This document shows, piece after piece, positions 49,230 through 61,500 of a stretch of 64,000 nt of DNA; the stretch's first letter is position 1; each line of letters starts with the position of its first letter. The position numbers and the translations under genes are program-made. The notes below the pieces were generated by a model. It had not been told where the DNA came from. It ran no database searches and was given only the letters and a program-made list of their open reading frames with translations. Origin of the DNA: Eledone cirrhosa (Eukaryota); contig OZ024742.1 in assembly GCA_964016885.1 (NCBI GenBank), forward strand, positions 276,086,001-276,150,000, written 5' to 3'.

Positions 49230-50470
49230 TAACCAAAGAACAGTTGAGGAGGAATGGGCCATTGAGAAAACCAAACTCAATCCCAAGTGTTCTTTTCATA
49301 TGCAAAAAAAAATATAAGGTCGTTGTCTCCATTGATAACCATTTGATTGATGAAATAAACATTCTCCATGATGATGCTAAAACCATGGGTGAGACACTGC
49401 AGAAACAATACTGCCCTGTTTTCAGCAATCCTGATATGGCTGATCTGGGCTGTATCAGTGATGTTAATTCCCAACCCACTATATCTAACATAACGTTTGG
49501 CGCCCCTGATATCTTAGCAGCAATAAACAAAATTAAATACAACTCAGCAGTTGAACTCGATAGGTTCCCTGCTAGTGCCATGAAAGGGTTCCCACACCAA
49601 CTAGCATCCTCTCAAGCTAATCTCTGGAAGAACTCATTGGGTGCAAGTTATATCCCTGAACATTTTCTGTCCCAGTCTATCGTCTCAGTTTTCAAAAATG
49701 AAAACAAGTCCCTTGCAGTGAATTACCGTCTGATCTAACTCACCTTTCATGTCATTAAGGTATTTGAGAGAGTGATGAGATCACGAAAACCCATTTCCTT
49801 GAAAATGACAATATGCTGAATTCCAACCAGTATAGGTTCCACGATGGCTGAGACTTCTTAACGCCTTGAGGCTTTGGTAGAGGGCCCCAACACAAATGTT
49901 ATATATTTTGATTTCAGCAATACTTTTGACAAGGTTTCACACAGTATCTCTTGAAGAAACTATCCAGCATCGGAGTTTCTGAAAATCTATTTCAATGGAT
50001 TAAGTCTTTCCTGGTGTACAGAGTCAAGCATGTTGTAATCGAAGGAATACAATCAATCTCAGCCAACGTTCCAGAGGGTACTGTGTTTAGCCCACTTTTT
50101 TTCATCAATGGCATCATAGACGCCAAGCAGAACAGAATAAGAATCTTCGCAGATGATTCCAAGCTCCAGAAAGTAATCTACGGAGACATGCCTTCAATCA
50201 GATCTGCTTGCTGTTATCCAATGGGCGAAAACACAACAATATGCTACTAAACAAAATTAAATTTGAATTAACCCACTTTGGAAAAGAGAATACTCTTAAG
50301 TTGGCATATTCTCTTTCCCTCAGGTGAAGGCCTTGAGGCATCCCACAGCACTAGAGACCTTGGAGACTTAACCTAAGCTTAAGTTGACATGGCTCGCAGG
50401 ATGTGTTCCTGAATTTTTAGAACTTCCCGGTCTAAAGATATTCACACCATTATCCTTCTCTTCTATACCT
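49230..50470 (+). pseudogene. CR1-like LINE RT fragment
   Basis: VFKN.NKSLAVNYR.I.LT..VIKVFERV, DFS..FDKVSH, QWIKSFL, VPEGTVFSPLFF and FADDSKL. Confidence 0.85.
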
Positions 50471-51265
50471 TTTGTAATGAGAAAGCTACTGCACTTACCG
50501 CAATTCTGCTAACTCACTCAGCGAGCTAGCCTCATCCACGTGGATATAATCCGTTCGCCAAGTTGCAGCTCGCATTCGCACGTCCGTCCGTCGTGGTTCA
50601 CAGCCGAAAGAGGGCCCACAGATGCTCCTGGGTACGCATCTCACGTCACTTCCTCTTCCGCCTCCGGTCGATCGTCCCCAGCTTCCGATCACCTCCTCCA
50701 CACACCCCCCCCCCTGATCTCAAGGACCCCCCACACACACACACACTGCTGCATGTGATAATCTGCCGTCCAGCCAGGCGGTCGGCGATCTCGCTGGATT
50801 TCCTCTTCCTCGGAGTCCGTCGACACAACGACTCTACGGACATTCAGGAAATGACGTGGCACTCCGTCCACGGACATGTTATTCTGGGAACTTACGGCCG
50901 TTACCGTTTCCTTTCCCCATTGAGATGTGGACCTACTCTGACCATGCGCCTATAGGCTAGCTAACTTGAGGAGAGGGGTGCTCTCCCTGGGTGCCCTAGA
51001 AGCGCAGGGTGGTTCAGGATTGGTGGGGTACCTGAGTCACCCCTGGGTCGTCCAACCCCTATAGGGGAATTTATTTTGTTATATTTATGCATAGTTTATT
51101 TTATATTTTTATATCTTCATTGTTAAATTAGTCTTGCCATTGTGCACTGTTACTCGACCTTATTGTAAACCCCCACTGTCCCTGTCTTTGTATTGTCCCC
51201 TACATGTCGGCCCGTGTGGCTAATAAATGAAATCATTATTATTATTATTATAATTATTTATTTAT

Positions 51266-52046
51266 ACATCTACGGTTGTTTCAATGCGGCTAGAGTATTT
51301 CATCAATTGTGGAGAAAAAAGCCCACCAGATATCACCAGTTAAGTTACTCCATTATAGGCGCTCTAGTCAAAACCGTATCCCTTCAGGAAATATAATAAA
51401 AAGTAACAATAAATTGTTTAAAATCATAAGAATGAATACATAGGGAAAATATTTGAAATGAATCAGACATGTTATGTAATGTTTTCTTTAAAACCTAATT
51501 ATAAAAATAATAGGTAAGTGTCTACATATGCTTTGAAGGAGATAAATCTCGAAAAGAATTTTTTACTACATTAATACAATCTTACTTCATATTTGTATTA
51601 GTTTTTTAACTTATGAAATGTCGTCTAAACATTTTCAAATCTTTCTACGACAAAAAGTTTTTTAAAATAATAAACACTGCTATTTTATCTCATAAAAACA
51701 TCCTTTCTAACAACTCCTGCTGTAACCAATTAACTGCTTTAACGTATTTTAACATATTTGTGAAAAGCACTGATAATTCTTTATTTTGCATGTCTAAAAA
51801 ATATATACACAAGCTTATGTTTTAGCATTTATGAATACCCTTTGAACACATAGTACCTTGAATCCTGTATTATTCTTGATAATTTGTCACATGATTTTAA
51901 TCAATTTATTGTTATTTTTATTATATTTCCCGAAGAGATACGGCTTTGATTAAAACACCTTTAATGGAGTTACTTAACTGATAATATCTGCTTTTTTCTC
52001 CACAATTGATGAAATACTCTAGCTGCATTGAAACGACCGTAGATGT
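51266..52046. mobile_element. Old inverted-repeat element (~160-bp diverged arms, ~460-bp spacer) with decayed hammerheads, within (AAT)n
   Basis: 51266-51428 is approximately the reverse complement of 51891-52046. The arm end reads ACAA-TTGATGA-AAT ... ATT-GAA-ACGACCGT-A-GATGT. Confidence 0.75.
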
Positions 52047-52519
52047 TTGATAAATAATACTTTCTTTATTTATTTATTTTTATTTATTTTTTTAATTTAT
52101 TTATTCAGATGTATGAATAAATAATAACAATAATAATAATCTTTGGTCTTATTGAATTTTGATTTATAAATGCTCTACTACTATAACTGTTCGCTTCTGA
52201 AGAGCGAAGGTTAAAAATGTGCATTGAGCTGAACTCATCTTACCACTGAAAATATGAAATCTCTACACCGGTATTTTGAAAGAATGTTGTATATCATTTT
52301 ATAAAAAGAGGTAAAATTATATTTTTCGAGTATGTTAGGTTCATAATTGTACGTTGTGTTCTTTAATTCATAGAGCCCTTCTTAAATGTGTTTATATATT
52401 CATTTTTAACATAACTAACACCGCATCACAATTGCTGCCACAAAATATTTCACACCCTAACAATTACTGACCTGCAGCAAAGTTCAAGTGAGACCCATAA
52501 TAGAGAAAATACCTCTACA

Positions 52520-55500
52520 TCATGTTTTCTGCTCCTCACTGATGTTCTCTAGCCCACAGATATGTTGTCTCCTCTCTCTGTCAGTTCTTCCACTACAACC
52601 GTAGTCTCTGCTCCTCACTGACGTACTCTAGCCCAGGCATGTCAAACATGCGACCTTTTACAAGCTCACCTGCGTGCCGCACGAAGGTTTTTACAGTGCG
52701 AGCATATTTTATCTTCGTAACATAAAATTTAAAAAAATAGTTGTAATATGTGCAATTAGTTGTCGTGTGTGGCCCTCAGACAACATATATGTGACACATG
52801 TGGCCCTCGGGGGAAGCTCAGTTTGACGTGCCTGCTCTAGCCCACAGATATGTTGTCTCCCCTCTCTGTCAGTTCTACCACTACAACTATAGTCACTGCT
52901 CCTACCTGACATACTCTAGCCCACAGATATGTTGTCTTCCCTCTCTGTCAGTTCTACCACTACAACTGTAGTCTCTGCTCCTACCTGACATACTCTAGCC
53001 CACAGATATGTTGTCTCCCCACTCTGTCAGATCTACCACTACAACTGTAGTCTCTGCTCCTACCTGACATACTCTAGCCCACAGATATTTTGTCTCCCCT
53101 CTCTGTCAGTTCTACCACTACAACTGTAGTCTCTGCTCCTACCTGACATACTCTAGCCCACAGATATGTTGTCTCCTCTCTCTGTCAGTTCTACCACTAC
53201 AACTATAGTCTCTGCTCCTACCTGACATACTCTAGCCCACAGATATGTTCCCTCCCCTCTCTGTCAGTTCTACCACTACAACTGTAGTCTCTTCTCCTCA
53301 CTGACATACTCTAGCCCACAGATATGTTGTCTCCTCTCTCTGTCAGTTCTACCACTACAACTCTAGTCTCTGCTCCTCACTGACATACTCTAACCCACAG
53401 ATATGTTGTCTCCTCTCTCTGTCCGTTCTACCACTACAACTGTTGTCTCTGCTCCTACCTGACATACTCTACCCCACAGATATGTTGTCTCCCCTCTCTG
53501 TCAGTTCTACCACTACAACTATAGTCTCTGCTCCTACATGACATACTCTAGCCCACAGATATGTTGTCTCACCTCTCTGTCAGTTCTACCACTACAACTA
53601 TAGTCTCTGCTCCTACCTGACATACTCTAGCCCACAGATATGTTGTCTCCCCTCTCTGTCAGTTCTACCACTACAACTATAGTCTCTGCTCCTACATGAC
53701 ATACTCTAGCCCACAGATATGTTGTCTCCCCTCTCTGTCAGTTCTACCACTACAACTATAGTCTCTGCTCCTACCTGACATACTCTAACCCACAGATATG
53801 TTGTCTCCCCTCTCTCTCAGTTCTACCACTACAACTGTAGTCTCTGCTCCTCACTGACATACTCTAGCCCACAGATATGTTGTCTCCTCTCTCTGTCAGT
53901 TCTACCACTACAACTATAGTCTCTGCTCCTACCTGACATACTCTAGCCCACAGATATGTTGTCTCCCCTCTCTGTCAGTTCTACTACTAGAACTGTAGTC
54001 TCTGCTCCTACCTGACATACTCTAGCTCACAGATATGTTGTCTCCTCTCTCTGTTAGTTCTACCACATCTATAGTCTCTGCTCCTACCTGACATACTCTA
54101 GCCCACAGATATGTTGCCTCCCCTTTCTGTTTAGTTCTACCATTACAACTGTAGTCTCTGCTCCTCACTGACATACTCTAGCCCACAGATATGTTGTCTC
54201 CCCTCTCTGTGAGTTTTACCACTACAACTATAGTCTCTGCTCCTCACTGACATACTCTAGCCCACAGATATGTTGTCTCCCCTCTCTGTCAGTTTTACCA
54301 CTACAACTATAGTCTCTGCTCCTCACTGACATACTCTAGCCCACAGATATGTTGTCTCCCCTCTCTGTCAGTTCTACCACTATAACTATAGTCTCTGCTC
54401 CTCACTGACATACTCTAACCCACAGATATGTTGTTTCCCCTCTCTGTCAGTTCTACCACTACAACTATAGTCTCTGCTCCTCACTAACATACTCTAGCCC
54501 ACAGATATGTTGTCCCCCCTCTCTGTCAATTCTACCACTACAACTGTAGTCTCTGCTCCTACCTGACATACTCTAGCCCACAGATATGTTGTCTCCCCTC
54601 TCTGTCAGTTCTACCACTAGAACTGTAGTCTCTGCTCCTACCTGACATACTCTAGCTCACAGATATGTTGTCTCCTCTCTCTGTCAGTTCTACCACATCT
54701 ATAGTCTCTGCTCCTACCTGACATACTCTAGCCCACAGATATGTTGTCTCCCCTTTCTGTTTAGTTCTACCATTACAACTGTAGTCTCTGCACCTCACTG
54801 ACATACTCTAGCCCACAGATATGTTGTCTCCCCTCTCTGTCAGTTCTACCACTACAACTGTAGTCTCTGCCCTTACCTGACATACTCTAGCCCACAGATA
54901 TGTTGTCTCCCCTCTCTGTCAGTTCTACCACTACAACTATAGTCTCTGCTCCTCACTGACATACTCTAACCCACAGATATGTTGTTTCCCCTCTCTGTCA
55001 GTTCTACCACTACAACTATAGTCTCTGCTCCTCACTGACATACTCTAGCCCACAGATATGTTGTCTCCCCTCTCTGTCAGTTCTACCACTACGACTATAG
55101 TCTCTGCTCCTACCTGACATACTCTAACCCATAGATATGTTGTTTCCCCTCTCTGTCAGTTCTACCACTACAACTATAGTCTCTGCTCCTACCTGACATA
55201 CTCTAGCTCACAGATATGTTGTCTCCCCTCTCTGTCAGTTCTACCACTACAACTATAGTCTCTGCTCCTACCTGACATACTCTAGCTCACAGATATGTTG
55301 TCTCCTCTCTCTGTCAGTTCTACCACTACAACTATAGTCTCTGCTCCTCACTGACATACTCTAGCCCAGAGATATGTTGTCTCCTCTCTCTGTCAGTTCT
55401 ACCACTACAACTATAGTCACTGCTCCTCACTGACATACTCTAGCCCACAGATATGTTGTTTCCCCTCTCTGTCAGTTCTACCACTACAACTATAGTCTCT

Positions 55501-58500
55501 GCTCCTACCTGACATACTCTAGCTCACAGATATGTTGTCTTCCCTCTCTGTCAGTTCTACCACTACAACTGTTGTCTCTGCTCCTACCTGACATACTCTA
55601 GCCCACAGATATGTTGTCTCCCCTCTCTGTCAGTTCTACCACTACAACTATAGTCTCTGCTCCTATCTGACATACTCTAGCCCACAGATATGTTGTCTCC
55701 CCTCTCTGTCAGTTCTACCACTACAACTGTAGTCTCTGCTCCTACCTGACATACTCTAGCCCATAGATATGTTGTCTCCCCTCTCTGTCAGTTCTACCAC
55801 TACAACTGTAGTCTCTGCTCCTCACTGACATATTCTAGCCCACAGATATGTTTTCTCCCCTCTCTGTCAGTTCTACCACTACAACTGTAGTCTCTGCTCC
55901 TACCTGATCTACTCTAGCCCACAGATATGTTGACTCCCTTCTCTGTCAGTTCTACCACTACAACTATAGTCTCTGCTCCTCACTGACATACTCTAGCCCA
56001 CAGATATGTTGTCTCCCCTCTCTGTCAGTTCTACCACTACAACTGTCGTCTCTGCTCCTACCTGACATACTCTAGCCCACAGATATGTTGTCTCCCCTCT
56101 CTGTCAGTTCTACCACTACAACTGTCGTCTCTGCTCCTACCTGACATACTCTAGCCCACAGATATGTTGTCTCCCCTCTCTGTCAGTTCTACCACTACAA
56201 CTATAGTCTCTGCTCCTACCTGACATACTCTAGCTCACAGATATGTTGTCTCCCCTCTCTGTCAGTTCTACCACTACAACTGTCGTCTCTGCTCCTACCT
56301 GACATACTCTAGCCCACAGATATGTTGTCTCCCCTCTCTGTCAGTTCTACCACTACAACTATAGTCTCTGCTCCTACCTGACATACTCTAGCTCACAGAT
56401 ATGTTGTCTCCTCTCTCTGTCAGTTCTACCACTACAACTGTAGTCTCTGCTCCTACCTGACATACTCTAGCCCACAGATATGTTTTCTCCCATCTTTGTC
56501 AGTTCTACCACTACAGCTGTAGTATCTGCTCCTACCTGACATACTCTAGCCCACAGATATGTTGTCTCCCCTCTCTGTCAGTTCTACCACTACAACTGTA
56601 GTCTCTGCTCCTATCTGACATACTCTAGCCCACAGATATGTTGTCTCCCCTCTCTGTCAGTTCTACCACTACAACTGTAGTCACTGCTCCTACCTGTCAT
56701 TCTCTAGCCCACAGATATGTTGTCTCCCCTCTCTGTCAGTTCTACCACTACAACTGTAGTCTGTGCTCCTCACTGACATACTCTAGCCCACAGATATGTT
56801 GTCTCCCCTGTCTGTCAGATCTACCACTACAACTATAGTCTCTGCTCCTCACTGACATACTCTAGCCCACAGATATGTTGTCTCCCTTCTCTGTCAGTTC
56901 TACCACTGCAGCTATAGTCTCTGCTCCTACCTGACATACTCTAGCCCACAGATATGTTGTCTCCCCTCTCTGTCAGTTCTACCACTACAACTATAGTCTC
57001 TGCTCCTACCTGACATACTCTAGCCCACAGATGTGTTGTCTCCCCTCTCTGTCAGTTCTACCACTACAACTATAGTCTCTGCTCCTACCTGACATACTCT
57101 AGCTCACAGATATGTTGTCTCCCCTCTCTGTCAGTTCTACCACTACAACTATAGTCTCTGCTCCTACCTGACATACTCTAGCTCACAGATATGTTGTCTC
57201 CCCTCTCTGTCAGTTCTACCACTACAACTATAGTCTCTGCTCCTACCTGACATACTCTAGCTCACAGATATGTTGTCTCCTCTCTCTGTCAGTTCTACCA
57301 CTACAACTATAATCTCTGCTCCTACCTGACATACTCTAAGCCACAGATATGTTGTCTCCTCTCTCTGTAAGTTCTACCACTACAACTATAGTCTCTGCTC
57401 CTCACTGACATACTCTAGCCCAGAGATATGTTGTCTCCTCTCTCTGTCAGTTCTACCACTACAACTATAGTAACTGCTCCTCACTTACATACTCTAGCCC
57501 ACAGATATGTTGTTTCCCCTCTCTGTCAGTTCTACCACTACAACTGTAGTCTGTGCTCCTCACTGACATACTCTAGCCCACAGATATGTTGTCTTCCCTC
57601 TCTGTCAGTTCTACCACTACAACTGTTGTCTCTGCTCCTACCTGACATACTCTAGCCCACAGATATGTTGTCTCCCCTCTCTGTCAGTTCTACCACTACA
57701 ACTATAGTCTCTGCTCCTATCTGACATACTCTAGCCCACAGATATGTTGTCTCCCCTCTCTGTCAGTTCTACCACTACAACTGTAGTCTCTGCTCCTACC
57801 TGACATACTCTAACCCACAGATATGTTGTCTCCTCTCTCTGTCTGTTCTACCACTACAACTGTAGTCTCTGCTCCTACCTGACATACTCTAGCCCACAGA
57901 TATGTTTTCTCCCATCTTTGTCAGTTCTACCACTACAACTGTAGTATCTGCTCCTACCTGACATACTCTAGCCCACAGATATCTTGTCTTCAGTCTCTGT
58001 CAGTTCTACCACTACAACTATAGTCTCTGCTCCTATCTGACATACTCTAGCCCACAGATATGTTGTCTCCCCTCTCTGTCAGTTCTACCACTACAACTGT
58101 AGTCACTGCTCCTACCTGTCATTCTCTAGCCCACAGATATGTTGTCTCCCCTCTCTGTCAGTTCTACCACTACAACTGTAGTCTGTGCTCCTCACTGACA
58201 TACTCTAGCCCACAGATATGTTGTCTCCCCTCTCTGTCAGATCTACCACTACAACTATAGTCTCTGCTCCTCACTGACATACTCTAGCCCACAGATATGT
58301 TGTCTCCCTTCTCTGTCAGTTCTACCACTACAACTGTAGTCTCTGCTCCTCACTGACATACGCTAGCTCACAGATATGTTGTCTCCCCTCTCTGTCAGAT
58401 CTACCACTACAACTATAGTCTCTGCTCCTACCTGACATACTCTAGCTCACAGATATGTTGTCTCCCCTCTCTGTCAGTTCTACCACTACAACTATAGTTT

Positions 58501-61500
58501 CTGCTCCTCACTGACATATTCTAGCCCACAGATATGTTGTCTCCTCTGTCTGTCAGTTCTACCACTACAACTGTAGTCTCTGCTCCTACCTGACATACTC
58601 TAGCCCACAGATATGTTGTCTCCCCTCTCTGTCAGTTCTACCACTACAACTATAGTCTCTTCTCCTATCTGACATACTCTAGCCCACAGATATGTTGTCT
58701 CCCCTCTCTGTCAGTTCTACCACTACAACTGTAGTCTCTGCTCCTACCTGACATACTCTAGCCCACAGATATGTTGTCTCCCCTCTCTGTCAGTTCTACC
58801 ACTACAACTATAGTCTCTGCTCCTACCTGACATACTCTAGCCCACAGATATGTTGTCTTCCCTCTCTGTCAGTTCTACCACTACAACTGTAGTCTCTGCT
58901 CCTACCAGACATACACTAGCTCACAGATATGTTGTCTCCCCTCTCTGTCAGTTCTACCACTACAACTGTAGTCTCTGCTCCTACCTGACATACTCTAGCC
59001 CACAGATATGTTTTCTTCCCTCTCTGTCAGTTCTACCACTACAACTATAGTCTCTGCTCCTACCTGACATACTCTAGCCCACAGATATGTTGTCTCCCCT
59101 CTCTGTCAGTTCTACCACTACAACTATAGTCTCTTCTCCTACCTGACATACTCTAACCCACAGATATGTTGTCTCCTCTCTCTGTCAGTTCTACCACTAC
59201 AACTATAGTCTCTGCTCCTACCTGACATACTCTAACCCACAGATATTTTGTCTCCTCTCACTGTCAGTTCTACCACTATAACTATAGTCTCTGCTCGTCA
59301 CTGACATACTCTAGCCCACAGATATGTTGTCTCCTCTCTCTGTCAGTTCTACCACTACAACTGTCGTCTCTGCTCCTACCTGACATACTCTAGCCCACAG
59401 ATATGTTGTCTCCCCTCTTTGTCAGTTCTACCACTACAACTATAGTCTCTGCTCCTACCTGACATACTCTATCCCACAGATATGTTGTCCCCCCTCTCTG
59501 TCAGTTCTACCACTACAACTGTAGTCTCTGCTCCTACCTGACATACTCTAGCTCACAAATATGTTGTCTCCCCTCTCTGTCAGTTCTACCTCTACAACTG
59601 TAGTCTCTGCTCCTACCTGCCATAATCTAGCCCACAGATATGTTGTCCCCCCTCTCTGTCAGTTCTACCACTACAACTATAGTCTCTTCTCCTACCTGAC
59701 ATACTTAAGCCCAGAGATATGTTGTCTCCTCTCTCTGTCAGTTCTACCACTACAACTATAGTCTCTGCTCCTACCTGACATACTCTAACCCACAGATATG
59801 TTGTCTTCAGTCTCTGTCAGTTCTACCACTACAACTATAGTCTCTGCTCCTACCTGACATACTCTAACCCACAGATATGTTGTCTTCAGTCTCTGTCAGT
59901 TCTACCACTACAACTATAGTCTCTGCTCATCACTGACATACTCTAGCTCACAGATATGTTGTCTCCTCTCTCTGTCAGTTCTACCACTACAACTATAGTC
60001 TCTGCTCCTATCTCTATCTGACATACTCTAGCCCACAAATATGTTGTCTCCCCTCTCTGTCAGTTCTACCACTACAACTATAGTCTCTGCTCCTCACTGA
60101 CATACTCTAGCCCACAGATATGTTGTCTCCCCTCTCTGTCAGTTCTAACACTACAACTGTAGTCTCTGCTCCGACCTGACATACTCTAACCCACAGATAT
60201 GTTGTCTCCCCTCTCTGTCAGTTCTACCACTACAACTCTAGTCTCTGCTCCTACCTGACATACTCTAACCCATAGATATGTTGTCTTCCCTCTCTGTCAG
60301 TTCTACCACTACAACTATAGTCTCTGCTCCTACCTGACATACTCTAGCCCACAGATATGTTCTCTCCCATCTCTGTCAGTTCTACCACTACAACTATAGT
60401 CTCTGCTCCTCACTGACATACTCTAGCCCACAGATATGTTGTCTCCCCTGTCTGTCAGTTCTGCCACTACAACTGTAGTCTCTGCTCCTCACTGACATAC
60501 TCTAACCCACAGATATGTTGTCTTCCCTCTCTGTCAGTTCTACCACTAGAACTGTAGTCTCTTCTCCTACCTGACATACTCTAACACACAGATATGTTGT
60601 CTCCCCTCTCTGTCAGTTCTACCACTACTACTATAGTCTCTGCACCTACCTGACATACTCTAACCCACAGATATGTTGTCTCCCCTCTCTGTCAGTTCTA
60701 CCATTACAACTATAGTCTCTGCTCCTACCTGACATACTCTAGCTCACAGATATGTTGTCTCCCCTCTCTGTCAGTTCTACCACTACAACTGTAGTCTCTG
60801 CTCCTACCTGACATACTCTAGCCCACAGATACGTTGTCTCCCCTCTCTGTCAGTTCTACCACTACAACTGTAGTCTCTGCTCCTACCTGACATACTCTAG
60901 CTCACAAATATGTTGTCTCCCCTCTCTGTCAGTTCTACCACTACAACTATAGTCTCCTCTCCTATCTGACATACTCTAGCCCACAGATATGTTGTCTCCC
61001 CTCTCTGTCAGTTCTACCACTACAACTATAGTCTCTGCACCTACCTGACATACTCTAGCCCACAGATACGTTGTCTCCCCTCTCTGTCAGTTCTACCACT
61101 ACAACTGTAGTCTCTGCTCCTACCTGACATACTCTAGCTCACAGATATGTTGTCTCCCCTCTCTGTCAGTTCTACCACTACAACTGTAGTCTCTGCTCCT
61201 ACCTGACATACTCTAGCTCACAGATATGTTGTCTCCCCTCTCTGTCAGTTCTACCACTACAACTGTAGTCTCTGCTCCTACCTGACATACTCTAGCCCAC
61301 AGATATGTTGTCTCCCCTCTCTGTCAGTTCTACCACTACAACTATAGTCTCTGCTCCTACCTGACATACTCTAGCTCACAGATATTTTGTCTTCCCTCTC
61401 TGTCAGATCTACCACTACTACTATAGTCTCTGCTCCTACCTGACATACTCTAACCCACAGATATGTTGTCTCCCCTCTCTGTCAGTTCTACCATTACAAC

